DNA from: Cyanobacteriota bacterium
GTDB lineage: Bacteria > Cyanobacteriota > Cyanobacteriia > Cyanobacteriales > Nostocaceae
Length of the DNA: 64,000 nt
Assembly: GCA_046045965.1 (NCBI GenBank)
Contig: JBJOKS010000003.1
Coordinates: 64,001 to 128,000 of the forward strand
Reading direction: 5' to 3'
Shown here: one piece after another, positions 54,701 through 64,000 of the stretch
How the letters are laid out: each line of letters begins with the position of its first letter
Numbering within the stretch: the stretch's first letter is position 1
Program-made: the position numbers and the translations under genes
The notes under the pieces: model-generated
The model's database searches: none
Seen by the model: only the letters and a program-made list of their open reading frames with translations
Told to the model about the DNA's origin: nothing

Positions 54701-57700
54701 TTTTTAGCATAGAGAACAATATTGGATTGAAAAGGTTGACAATGATAATTAATATAATTACAAAAAAGATTTCTTACCTTTGGTAATAGCAGCACATCCT
54801 CAAGTTTATCTATTAAATTTAATGCTAAAGAACCGAATTGATAAGCCAGGTTATATTCTCTCTGTTCTGTTAAATACATTCCATATAAAACATAACCAAA
54901 ACTCGATTCATTACTATTACCATATTCTAAAGATAGATTGACTAAATTCAAAGCACATAATAACATTAGTTGCGAATTACCCTTATAAAAAGCAACTTCC
55001 CAAAATTCCATACAAAGCTGCATTTTTAAATGGGCTATATCTTCTGTAATTAAAGGTAAATCAATTAAGTTATGAATATTATTATCACCTAATTTTAATT
55101 GAATTTTTTGGATTTGCTCTTGGATAACATAACCTTGTTGATTAATATCTTTAGGGAAATTTAAATTGAGTTCTTTTAATAAATTCAAGCCTACTTGTAA
55201 ACCTTTATTGTAATCTAGTCCTTGGGTGGCTTGTAAATTTTTTAATACTGTAAATCCCTGAAGTTTATGAGTGGGCGTTTTCCCTTGATGTAAAAGCACA
55301 TCAATTAGTAGTTCGGCTTGTTCGTGATTACCATTTAAATAATTAACTTCTGCTAATTCCCGATAATACTCAAACGCTAAATCATAATCATTAAGCCAAA
55401 TATTTTCCGGGAGACAACTTACTCCCGTATTTAAGTAAGATAATGCAGATGAATAAGCATGAGATGTTTTGGCTTTTTTACCTGCTTTTAAGTTTAACTG
55501 ATATAATTTAAACTTTTCTAAATTTGATTGTATATAATTAATTCCCTGATTCCAATGATTAACTATGTCAAATAATTTATCTTCTAATTTCTCAGTGGGA
55601 ATATTCTGTAATAATAATCGACCAATTTTCAAATGTAGTTTCTGTCTCTTATCTGCATCGCTTAATGAATATACGGCTTGTTGAACACGATCATGTTGAA
55701 ACTTAAATAATATATCTTCACTCTTAATATCCAAATTAGTTGATACTAACTGATATTTATTGTTTAAAGGAATAATTAAACCTTCTTGAATAGCGGGAAG
55801 TAAATCATTTAATACATTCTCAATAGAAGTTTCTGCAATACTTGAAAGATTTTGTAAATCAAAAGAGCTACCAATACATGATGCTAACTGTAAAATCTTC
55901 TGGTTGACTTGACTTAAATTTTTAATTTTGTTCATCATCAATTCAAGAACATTATCAGTCATATTTTTTTGCTGAATTTCTTGAATATCCCATTCCCAGC
56001 ACCTTTGTTGATAGTTGAATTCTAATAAATTTTCTTTAGAAAGTAACTTAATAAACTCAATCACGAAAAAAGGATTACCTTGGGTTTTTTCATAAATGAG
56101 ATTACTTAAATCATCAATAGCATCAGGAGAATTAGAGAAAGTATCAGAAGTTAACGCTTTGACATCTTGAATAGATAAATTATTTAAACTTATTTCCGTA
56201 ATTCTGTCTATAATATTGTTATTTTGCAAATCATTTAAGGTCTTGATTAATGGATGATCTTCATCAACCTCATTATCTCGATAAGCACCAATCAATAGTA
56301 AATTATGGATTTCTGGAGACTCCATTAATTTTAGGATTAGACGACAAGAAGCCAAATCAGCCCATTGTAAATCGTCTAAAAATAATACCAAGAACTTCCC
56401 TGATTCCACAATGACTTTAAGAAACTTTTCAAAGACTAAATGAAACCGATAATTTGATTCATTGACTCCAACATTAACTAGTGGAAGTTGTTGACCAATA
56501 ATTAATTCTAAATGAGGAATTAAATCAATTAAAATTTGTCCATTATGTCCTACAGCATTTAAGATTTTCTCTCGCCATTGTTGTAAATTAGTCCCATTTT
56601 CTGAGAGTAAATAATTGCAAAATTTATTAAAGGCTTGCGTCAAAGCAGAATAGGGAATATTTTGTTGATACTGATCATATTTCCCAGAAATAAATAATCC
56701 ACCTTGATTGAGAGTTGGTTGGTAAATTTCCCGGACTAAAGTTGATTTACCTACACCAGAGTACCCTTTAATTAAAATTAATTCACTGCTAGATTTTTTT
56801 TCAATAATCCGTTGCAAACATGAGAATATTCTTTTTGTGTGTTGCTGACAATTATATAATTTTGTGGGAATAGTTAAACGAGTAAAAATATCTTGTTTTC
56901 CTAAAGGAAAAGAAATAATAGTTGTATGATTATGTAACTGATGCAAACATTCTGATAAATCCACTTTTAATCCATAAGCTGACTGATAGCGTTCTTCTGC
57001 ATTTTTCGCCATCAATTTCAGGATAATATCACAGAGGACAACAGGAATAGTAGGAGAGAGAAGATGGGGAGATACAGCTTGTTTAGCAAGATGGGAATGA
57101 ATTAGTGATAAAGTATCGTTGCTAGTAAAGGGCAGTTTTCCTGTTAATAATTCATAAAACGTAATCCCCAATGAATAAAAATCACTGCGATAATCAAGAG
57201 TGCGATTTATTCTTCCTGTTTGTTCAGGAGAAATATAAGGAATTGTTCCTTCAATGAGATTGAGATGAGAGGGGTTATAATATTGATTATCTTGCACAAA
57301 GTCACTAGAAATACCAAAGTCAATTAATTTAAGTTGCTGGGTTTGAGGATTATAAATAATATTGCCAGGATTAATGTCTTTATGAATAATATTTACTGTG
57401 TGAATATCTTCTACAGCAGAGGTGATTTTAATAGCTAGTTTTAAAAAATCAATTGGATTTAATTTGCCGGCAATTTTTAACTGGCTTAAAGAAGTACCTC
57501 CACAGTCTTCTAAAATCATGACTAAACAATGGGGATGTGTTTCTAAACCGTAGGCTTTGATAACTCTAGATAAGTTTAATTTGTGGATGACTTCATATTC
57601 TCTTTTAAACCATGCTAGTCTTTCTGCGGAAGCATGAATATCCTGAAGAATTTTGAGTACCACAGGTTGTTGGTCAAGATGGCGATAAGCCCGATAAACT

Positions 57701-57759
57701 AATGAATTATAGCTTTCATAGATTTTATTGATGATTGTATAGCCTGTTAATTTTAACAT
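51706..57759 (-). CDS. Hybrid Ser/Thr kinase-AAA ATPase-GAF-histidine kinase-receiver protein (HstK-like)
   Basis: [73 protein letters not shown]. Confidence 0.93.
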   Translation of the reverse strand: MLKLTGYTIINKIYESYNSLVYRAYRHLDQQPVVLKILQDIHASAERLAWFKREYEVIHKLNLSRVIKAYGLETHPHCLVMILEDCGGTSLSQLKIAGKLNPIDFLKLAIKITSAVEDIHTVNIIHKDINPGNIIYNPQTQQLKLIDFGISSDFVQDNQYYNPSHLNLIEGTIPYISPEQTGRINRTLDYRSDFYSLGITFYELLTGKLPFTSNDTLSLIHSHLAKQAVSPHLLSPTIPVVLCDIILKLMAKNAEERYQSAYGLKVDLSECLHQLHNHTTIISFPLGKQDIFTRLTIPTKLYNCQQHTKRIFSCLQRIIEKKSSSELILIKGYSGVGKSTLVREIYQPTLNQGGLFISGKYDQYQQNIPYSALTQAFNKFCNYLLSENGTNLQQWREKILNAVGHNGQILIDLIPHLELIIGQQLPLVNVGVNESNYRFHLVFEKFLKVIVESGKFLVLFLDDLQWADLASCRLILKLMESPEIHNLLLIGAYRDNEVDEDHPLIKTLNDLQNNNIIDRITEISLNNLSIQDVKALTSDTFSNSPDAIDDLSNLIYEKTQGNPFFVIEFIKLLSKENLLEFNYQQRCWEWDIQEIQQKNMTDNVLELMMNKIKNLSQVNQKILQLASCIGSSFDLQNLSSIAETSIENVLNDLLPAIQEGLIIPLNNKYQLVSTNLDIKSEDILFKFQHDRVQQAVYSLSDADKRQKLHLKIGRLLLQNIPTEKLEDKLFDIVNHWNQGINYIQSNLEKFKLYQLNLKAGKKAKTSHAYSSALSYLNTGVSCLPENIWLNDYDLAFEYYRELAEVNYLNGNHEQAELLIDVLLHQGKTPTHKLQGFTVLKNLQATQGLDYNKGLQVGLNLLKELNLNFPKDINQQGYVIQEQIQKIQLKLGDNNIHNLIDLPLITEDIAHLKMQLCMEFWEVAFYKGNSQLMLLCALNLVNLSLEYGNSNESSFGYVLYGMYLTEQREYNLAYQFGSLALNLIDKLEDVLLLPKVRNLFCNYINYHCQPFQSNIVLYAKNIQRCQENGEIVFGVWATVFLIWSQFICGKNLLEVFQESERYIGFVEQTNDMKMLKILQLLQLVILNLQGKTADEISFAHQELDAQQFIEFWKANNFINGSTWYAILIGQVLYLYGYYQAAQEIFVTYAQELSEGIIMFPISQYYFYYPLTLLKLYHHTSPTYQQEYLPIIETSIEKLQIWSKDCPENFQVPYQLLLAEKNRVFQNYLIAIDLYDSAIALAEKFQLIHLAALGNELAAEFWISRGKPQFARLYLRAAYHFYQSWGATRKCQHLRQKYQGYWEQDAVEIMSSKLTTTPKIFTDTKILDLTSAIKTSQALSSEIQLESLLNNLMKIMIENAGAEVGYLILPPASEHDDNWFIQALETTDITPATTQPPIFIHYSQDICKIEHPLCIILPKSIINYVVQSQQPLLLEDASQDANFNSDDYICTYQPKSVLCTPILYQGKLHGILYLENNLTSGVFTIARLEILQMITSQAAISLENAQLYKQLQDYSQTLELKVEERTQALQQEIEERKRAELALQQAKELADAANHAKSEFLSNMSHELRTPLNAILGFTQIMSRDQQLTLEHQENLAIINRSGEHLLALINDILDMSKIDAGRIAIHENCFDLVVILNSLEEMFNLKAQSKGLQLKVKIDDNLPRYIQTDENKIRQILINLLSNAIKFTAQGEVTLRVTINENNMTNDNPSLLPLYFEIKDTGCGIPEDETESVFEPFVQTKSGHKSNEGTGLGLAICRRFVELMGGKINLSSQIGQGTTVKFYLPIRLADAKEIKVNQLGKKVIGLAPNQPNYRILVVEDREESRQLLVKLLSLVGFAVQAADNGKTAIEIWQNWHPHLIWMDMRMPVMDGYEATQYIKSHLHGQATVIIALTASVFDNEKSVILSSGCDDFVRKPFREEIIWAKMQQHLGLNFIYESETSEISAHSDSLFMLTPGSLSVMPREWIEQLYLAANEADEDWIMRLLEEISQEKQPLAIALTDLVKNFRYDKIIDLTQIE

Positions 57760-58519
57760 GGTCTAGCTGGAAATAAGTTTTTATTCATGGATTATATAGC
57801 AATTCGATTGATTTGTGATCGGTTTTGTCCAGTTTTCTTATTCATCAAAGTAACCAGCTAGACGTGATGCTGAAAATGAAGTGGAATATCAGCCTGATGA
57901 TTATTTTGATCGTGATTTAAATAATAAAAAATAATGGGCAATTAATAATTAAGAATAGCTATTACTAATTACCCATTTCTCATTACCCATTACTAATCTC
58001 TAGATTAGCAAAGCTAACTGATAGCTGTAATATCTCATATTGGAAGTTTTGTTTAAATTATATGCAAATATATGTAATAATTCAGGAGTCAGGAGTGGAA
58101 AAGTTCTGTGGGAACCTCTGTACAAGAGTCATGGTATCTTATCTGACTGTGAAAAATATTCAGAAACATTAATAAAATATAAAGAAATTGTTTTTGTGAC
58201 TTAAGCTACAGTTTTTCTGCGTTTGTAACGCTTGAATACAAGTGTACATTATTTGAAAACACGAGGATAAACAGGCTGATCTCAAAGATTACACCATAGG
58301 GATCACCACGAATATAAAGGAAAGTCACTGCTAAAGTAAATTTATATATCTAAAGTGTGACGACTAAAAATATTAAGACTAAGATAATGAGCGAGAATTA
58401 CAATTTTTTTTTACATTGTTTAACTTTAGTTAAAAATAATAGCCAATCTTGTGGCTGAAAATATTGACAGGCTAGATTTACAGGGTTTCCAAAAAATTAT
58501 TTAATCCAGGGGTTTTAAA

Positions 58520-58699
58520 ATGCAAATCTTACAAAAAATTCACTGCCCAAATTGCGGCAGTGCAGCTGAACGTCACTTTATTACTGATAGTCAAGTTACA
58601 AGAACACAATGCCCAACTTGTGATTACCTCATGATTACCTGCACTCGCACCGGTAAGGTAATTGAGGCTTATGCACCAGGTATTTATGCCCAAAGATAG
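58520..58699 (+). CDS. Small 59-aa zinc-ribbon protein (missing from ORF track)
   Basis: MQILQKIHCPNCGSAAERHFITDSQVTRTQCPTCDYLMITCTRTGKVIEAYAPGIYAQR*; two CxxC motifs; AGGGG RBS-like upstream. Confidence 0.8.
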   Translation: MQILQKIHCPNCGSAAERHFITDSQVTRTQCPTCDYLMITCTRTGKVIEAYAPGIYAQR

Positions 58700-58744
58700 A
58701 TGACAAGTGACTGAGGACAGGTAATAGTTTTTTTGAATTACGAA

Positions 58745-59815
58745 TTACCTTTTACTTGTTCTCAGTTGTCCACAAGCGGCATCAGCTTCTAAACCGCGAG
58801 AATATCTGACGCTAACAGCAATATTTTGTTGTTGGAGAACATTCACAAAAGCTTGGATTCTGTCGCGGTTTGGTCTTTTATAATCTACTTCCTCGATGGG
58901 GTTGTAAGGAATTAAATTGACATGACTTTGAAAGCCGCGCAGACGTTTTGATAATTCTAAAGCGTGTTCTGGTAAGTCGTTGACTCCCGCTAAAAGGATA
59001 TATTCAAAAGTTACTCTGCGTCCAGTTATTTCTACATATTCTCGACATTCTGCAAGTAAGTCTTCAATGGGGTAGGGTTTAGCACTGGGGATGAGTTGCT
59101 CTCGTAATGTTTGGTTTGGCGCATGAAGACTAACAGCGAGAGTAATTTGTAAATGATGTTCGGCTAATTGACGAATGCGATCGCGGATACCTACAGTAGA
59201 AACTGTAAGCGATCGCGCTCCAATTCCCACATCTTGATTTAAAGATTTCAAAGCTAAAATCACATTTTCCGTATTCAACAACGGTTCACCCAAACCCATA
59301 AACACCACATTACTAACCCGTTGCTGAAAATCTTCCTGTACAGTCAAAACTTGATCAACAATTTCTGCACGACTCAGATTACGTTTATATCCTCCCTTAC
59401 CCGTCGCACAGAAATCACAAGCCATCGGACAACCAACTTGAGTAGAAACACAGACAGTTAAACGCTTATCACTAGGAATACCGACAGTTTCAATAATTTC
59501 CCCATCTGCCAATTTCAGCAGATATTTTACTGTATCATCAGGGGCAACAGAACGGTAATGAAGAGATGAACGACCTATAGGAATATCTGTAACATTTTCT
59601 CGCCAACTTTTCGGAAATACAGAAATATCTGCCAGATTACGCACACCTTTATCATATATCCAATTATGTAACTGCTTACCCCGATATCCCGGTTGTCCCT
59701 GCTGTTGTACCCAAGCAGTTAACTCAGCTACCGAAGCACCGAGAAGAGGGGGAACGAGTTCAGATGTTGCAGAGTTGGCTGAATCTACCGGAGATACAAA
59801 GGATATAGCAGACAT
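58745..59815 (-). CDS. rlmN: 23S rRNA (adenine-C2)-methyltransferase RlmN
   Basis: [18 protein letters not shown] radical SAM motif; FMGLGEP; AACGQL. Confidence 0.96.
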   Translation of the reverse strand: MSAISFVSPVDSANSATSELVPPLLGASVAELTAWVQQQGQPGYRGKQLHNWIYDKGVRNLADISVFPKSWRENVTDIPIGRSSLHYRSVAPDDTVKYLLKLADGEIIETVGIPSDKRLTVCVSTQVGCPMACDFCATGKGGYKRNLSRAEIVDQVLTVQEDFQQRVSNVVFMGLGEPLLNTENVILALKSLNQDVGIGARSLTVSTVGIRDRIRQLAEHHLQITLAVSLHAPNQTLREQLIPSAKPYPIEDLLAECREYVEITGRRVTFEYILLAGVNDLPEHALELSKRLRGFQSHVNLIPYNPIEEVDYKRPNRDRIQAFVNVLQQQNIAVSVRYSRGLEADAACGQLRTSKR

Positions 59816-59861
59816 AAAAAACCATTAATTAATCCTGGATCTCTATCGTACACCTATCATC

Positions 59862-62800
59862 TCAAATTGTGTTGAATTTCCGACTCAAATTAATAGGAAT
59901 TTCCAGTATAAATTCTGTTCCTGTTCCCGGTTCAGATATACACTCCATTCTACCACCATGCTTGTCTACTATGATTTGATAACTAATGGATAATCCTAAA
60001 CCTGTACCTTCACCCACTGGTTTTGTTGTGAAAAAAGGATCAAAAATCCGTTTTTTAATTTCTGGACTCATCCCCATTGCATTATCTTTAATCGAAATTC
60101 TCACCCAATCATTATTAACAATTGCCGTGCAGATTTTAATTTCACTAAAATAAACTTCTCTTGCGGCTGGGGATAAACTCTGCTCATGTTTATGTAAAGC
60201 ATCAATCGCATTACTAATAATATTCATAAACACCTGATTCAGTTGAGAAACATAACAGGTAACTAAAGGTAATTCAGCATAATCTTTAATAACGATATTT
60301 TGTGAATATCCTAACTTTTCTTTAAACCGGGGTTGTAAAAGCATTAATGTACTTTCAATTCCCTCATGGATATTTACAGGTTTCATTTCCGATTCATCAA
60401 GACGAGAGAAATTACGTAAACCCAAAACAAGCTTACGAATACGATCTGCACCTACGGACATTGAATCGAGTATTTTGGGCAAGTCTGATATCAAAAAATC
60501 AGCATCTATCTCTGCTCTTTTTTCCTGAATTACAGAAGTAGGGTTTGGGTATTCTTGCTGATAAATATTCATTAAATTTATTAAACATTCAATATAGCTT
60601 GTAGCATGATCAACATTAGCATAGATAAAATTAACAGGATTATTAATTTCATGAGCTATACCTGCAACCATTTGTCCTAAGCTAGACATTTTTTCCGTTT
60701 GAATTAGTTGCAGTTGAGTAAATTGCAATTCCCGGAGTGTTTTTTCTAGGTGCAGATTTTTTTCATTTAATTCCTGGGTTCTGTTAGCAACTTTTTCTTC
60801 TAATTTACCATAGAGTTGGGCATTTTCTAGGGAAATAGCTGCTTGGGAAGACAACAGGTTTAATATCTTCAACCTTTTAGGGGTAAATGCACTTACGGTT
60901 AAATCATTTTCTAAATAAATAATACCGATAAGTTGACCTTGATTTAAAATAGGATTACATAGTATAGATTTGGGTTGGCATCTAATAATATAGGGATCGA
61001 TAGCAAATGTTTTTTCAGTAGTTGCATCATTAACAAGTACATCTTTTCCGGTATTAAAGACATAATTAATAATGCTTAATGGGATGTCTTGAGTATCACT
61101 AATTTGTTTAAGTTCTACACTACTTTTTTGATTTTCTAGATATTGTGCTGCGATAAATAATTTACCCTCTCGCTGCAAAATCAAAACAGCTTTTTTTGCA
61201 CCTATATTTTCTACAATTACATCCAGTAGAGTATGTAGTAATTTGTCTATTTTAATTTCTGAAGAAATTGCTAGAGATGCTTTAGTAACTGTTTCTAAAT
61301 CTAAAATTGCTGATACACTCTTATTACTAGAATCAAAGATAATCTTACTAATAAGATCAGGTTCTTCAGTTTCTATTTCTTTTTGCTTGAGGATAGGAGC
61401 AAGCAACTGAGGATGGCATTTTTCTAAATTCTCAACTTTAGCTTTAGCACCCCAATTTACATAACCATAATAAGCATCTATTAAGTAGGTTTGGGCTATT
61501 TTTGTCTTACCACAGTCCAGATAAAATTGGGCTGCTAATTCATTAGCAAGAGCTTCTTCTTGGATATATTTATTTTCCTTAGCTCCCACAATTGCTTGGT
61601 CATAAAGCTCCATTGCTTGCCAATTATTCCCCAATACTCTCGCTTTCTCCGCTTCTACTAAATCATACTTATGTTGATAATTTGCTGGTGCATGAATAGC
61701 CCAATTCGCCATGTATTTTTGATTACTTAAAACTGTTTCTAAGTATTGTTTCTGCACATCTATAGATTGATCAGGATATTCAGCCAAAAGAGCTAAAGAA
61801 TAATAGAAATTATGTTGGCTAACCGTAATTTGTCCAACGACATAATGTACATATTCCTGTCCCTGCATAGCACTAGCCAAGGATTTTTTAGTATTTCTAA
61901 AAAAATAGAAGAATATAGTTTTTACTAAAAAAAATGAGAATAAGGTTGTAGAGCTTTTCGATTCTATTAACAGCGGTAATATTACAGATTCATCAAATGA
62001 ACTATCACTGAAATCTGATTTATCAATCTTGCTATCTAACAATTTTATCAGCAACTGTTTCCAGGCTTTGTGAAGAATAACAGTACCCTGTTGCTTAAAC
62101 TTATACATTAAATTAATATGCTGTTCTAGCTCCTGAAATATATATGCTAAATTTTCCCCACTTAAGATCATATTTATATTGTAAATAGCAGAACTATAAC
62201 CAACATATTCTAAATCTCCCGTTTCCATACCATAGCGTATACCTTCCAATAAACTATCTATAGTTTTGCAAACATGATTTTTCCAAAAGTTGATATTTGC
62301 ATTCCACATCAACAAAGCTCTACATTTAATTTCTTTGGTATCAAATTTATCTAATAAATTTAAACCCAATTTACCATAGCGGTATCCAGTATCAATATCC
62401 AAGAAAAATCCACATAACAACACACCATAATTTACATACCCATGAGCAGAACTGGAACAATTACCATATCTCACAGACAAACTGATCATTGTAAACACAA
62501 TTACCGGAAATAATGCCGGATCGACAAAATAACTAGCAGCAGTCATGTTAGCTAAGATCCGCATGACCGCAATTTTATCTGGTGCAGTCATCACGGGTAA
62601 ATCTATCAATTCATCAACATTTAAGTTTGTGGGTGCTTCTTTTTCTAATTCAACACCCAACATATTGATAATAGTTAAACCTGTGTCAATGGCTAATTTT
62701 ATTTGCAATTGAGCCATATATATTTGCATCTCTGCTTCATAAACCGGCACCTGATCCAGCAGACTAGCTGCATTTGCTTTAACGATTTTGATATAGGTTT

Positions 62801-64000
62801 GTGCTTGCTCAAAGTTGATGTTTAAAAATTCAGCCTCTACAGTTTCCACATATAGATTTAATGTCAAATCATACTGATGTTGCCAACTGTCTGCTGCTAA
62901 CAGTTCTAACCCGACTTTTAAATATTTGACAGCAGCTTCATAAGCTGTAGATAATCTGGCTTTATGTCCAGCGACTAAATTTAGTTTAGCTAGTTCATAT
63001 TTTTCTGATTCACTATTAATTAATTCCACACCAATATTTAGTTGATTGACTATCTCAAATATTCTTTCTTCTAGTTCCAGAGCATTAGTATTTTTGAGAA
63101 TTAATTGACCAATTTTCAAGTGTGTTGCTTGTTTGTCAGTTTCAGGAATCAAAAAATAAGCAGCTTGTTGTACTCGATCATGGAGAAACTTGTATTTAAT
63201 TTTCCTCAGCTTTTCCCAATTATTTATTTCTAAATCTGAGTGAGAAATAGAAAAACTATCTATGCTATCTGCATAAAATTTATAACTTTCATCTTGTGGT
63301 AAAATCAGCCCTTGTTTCAGAGCATTCCACAAATTTGATGCTATTTCTAATTGGGATTTTTCACAGACAATAGATAAAGTATATAAATCAAATTGATTAC
63401 CTATACAAGCTGCTATTTTTAAAATATTTTGTGTATCAACTGGTAATTTTTTGATTTGCGTTCCTAAAAACTGAACAATATCATTATGCTCATATAAAGC
63501 TTTGGCTGCATAAATATCACACTGCCAATAACCAAGGCTCAAATTAAAACTAATTAACCCATCTTCATACATGGATTTCATTAATTGATTCGTAAAAAAT
63601 GGGTTGCCTTGGGTTTTTGTTAATAGTAATTCAGTCAAAGATACTGCTTGAGATTCTGAACAACATAAGGTATCTGCTACCAGCAGATTTAGGTGTGTTT
63701 GATCTAAAGGTGGTAGATTGATTTGATTGACTATAATATCCGCTTTGCGAATATTATCTAAGGTGATCATCAAAGGATGCCCAGAATAGACTTCATTATC
63801 TCGATATGCACCAATTAATAAGAGATATTGAGTATCTGGTTCGCTAATTAATAATTCTATTAACTTCAAAGAAGCTGCATCAGCCCATTGTAAATCATCT
63901 AAAAAAATCACTAATGGATGTTCTTTATTAGCAAAAATTTGAATAAATTTACCAAATAATAAATTAAAGCGGTTTTGAGCGGTACTACCTGTAAGTTCTG
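59862..64000 (-). CDS. Second dual kinase-type AAA-GAF-histidine kinase (5' part outside window)
   Basis: Frame stays open to window end (ELTGSTAQNRFN...[15 protein letters not shown]); FLHDRVQQ; GAF; EKMSSLG..IAHEINNP; PFFTTKPVGEGTGLGL. Confidence 0.9.
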   Translation of the reverse strand, partial: ELTGSTAQNRFNLLFGKFIQIFANKEHPLVIFLDDLQWADAASLKLIELLISEPDTQYLLLIGAYRDNEVYSGHPLMITLDNIRKADIIVNQINLPPLDQTHLNLLVADTLCCSESQAVSLTELLLTKTQGNPFFTNQLMKSMYEDGLISFNLSLGYWQCDIYAAKALYEHNDIVQFLGTQIKKLPVDTQNILKIAACIGNQFDLYTLSIVCEKSQLEIASNLWNALKQGLILPQDESYKFYADSIDSFSISHSDLEINNWEKLRKIKYKFLHDRVQQAAYFLIPETDKQATHLKIGQLILKNTNALELEERIFEIVNQLNIGVELINSESEKYELAKLNLVAGHKARLSTAYEAAVKYLKVGLELLAADSWQHQYDLTLNLYVETVEAEFLNINFEQAQTYIKIVKANAASLLDQVPVYEAEMQIYMAQLQIKLAIDTGLTIINMLGVELEKEAPTNLNVDELIDLPVMTAPDKIAVMRILANMTAASYFVDPALFPVIVFTMISLSVRYGNCSSSAHGYVNYGVLLCGFFLDIDTGYRYGKLGLNLLDKFDTKEIKCRALLMWNANINFWKNHVCKTIDSLLEGIRYGMETGDLEYVGYSSAIYNINMILSGENLAYIFQELEQHINLMYKFKQQGTVILHKAWKQLLIKLLDSKIDKSDFSDSSFDESVILPLLIESKSSTTLFSFFLVKTIFFYFFRNTKKSLASAMQGQEYVHYVVGQITVSQHNFYYSLALLAEYPDQSIDVQKQYLETVLSNQKYMANWAIHAPANYQHKYDLVEAEKARVLGNNWQAMELYDQAIVGAKENKYIQEEALANELAAQFYLDCGKTKIAQTYLIDAYYGYVNWGAKAKVENLEKCHPQLLAPILKQKEIETEEPDLISKIIFDSSNKSVSAILDLETVTKASLAISSEIKIDKLLHTLLDVIVENIGAKKAVLILQREGKLFIAAQYLENQKSSVELKQISDTQDIPLSIINYVFNTGKDVLVNDATTEKTFAIDPYIIRCQPKSILCNPILNQGQLIGIIYLENDLTVSAFTPKRLKILNLLSSQAAISLENAQLYGKLEEKVANRTQELNEKNLHLEKTLRELQFTQLQLIQTEKMSSLGQMVAGIAHEINNPVNFIYANVDHATSYIECLINLMNIYQQEYPNPTSVIQEKRAEIDADFLISDLPKILDSMSVGADRIRKLVLGLRNFSRLDESEMKPVNIHEGIESTLMLLQPRFKEKLGYSQNIVIKDYAELPLVTCYVSQLNQVFMNIISNAIDALHKHEQSLSPAAREVYFSEIKICTAIVNNDWVRISIKDNAMGMSPEIKKRIFDPFFTTKPVGEGTGLGLSISYQIIVDKHGGRMECISEPGTGTEFILEIPINLSRKFNTI

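Noticed and set aside
57853..57935. Short protein-like reading PARRDAENEVEYQPDDYFDRDLNNKK*
   Set aside because: Preceded by an in-frame stop with no start codon; at best a tiny gene remnant that I cannot support
58520..58699. Calling the small CxxC protein PriA
   Set aside because: Only 59 aa with no helicase motifs; the similarity is limited to a zinc ribbon

Overview
AT-rich chromosomal window from a filamentous cyanobacterium, most likely Nostocales: there are about 30 HIP1 GCGATCGC sites, many 7-bp STRR arrays, and a tftA-like gene, a gap1-pyk-tal operon and a pspA-vipp1 pair. Housekeeping genes include minCDE, dnaG, ureEFG plus an acetamidase, tal, pyk, gap1, menB, vipp1, a thioredoxin, uvrC and rlmN. 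Other content is a stress-protein cluster, a type I secretion locus (FG-GAP/RTX protein, PPIase, HlyB, HlyD), two giant Ser/Thr-His dual kinases and a REC-GGDEF-EAL protein. The standout is a tightly coupled four-gene minus-strand operon at 27935-32927: a YaaA/DUF6884-like protein, a HerA ATPase, a NurA-like nuclease and a TGT/DpdA-like transglycosylase, beside a RelE/YafQ-type toxin-antitoxin pair. I infer that it may be an undescribed 7-deazaguanine DNA-modification and restriction (defence) system. Non-coding highlights are a 136-bp MITE in two copies (18-bp TIRs, 10-bp TSDs, shared GGTTAGGA target), nested MITEs before uvrC, and a dispersed promoter-leader-CAGGAT-repeat element in three copies. 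Two genes missing from the ORF track were found (1-1149 minus, partial; 58520-58699 plus). All family assignments come from motif recognition by eye, not database searches.
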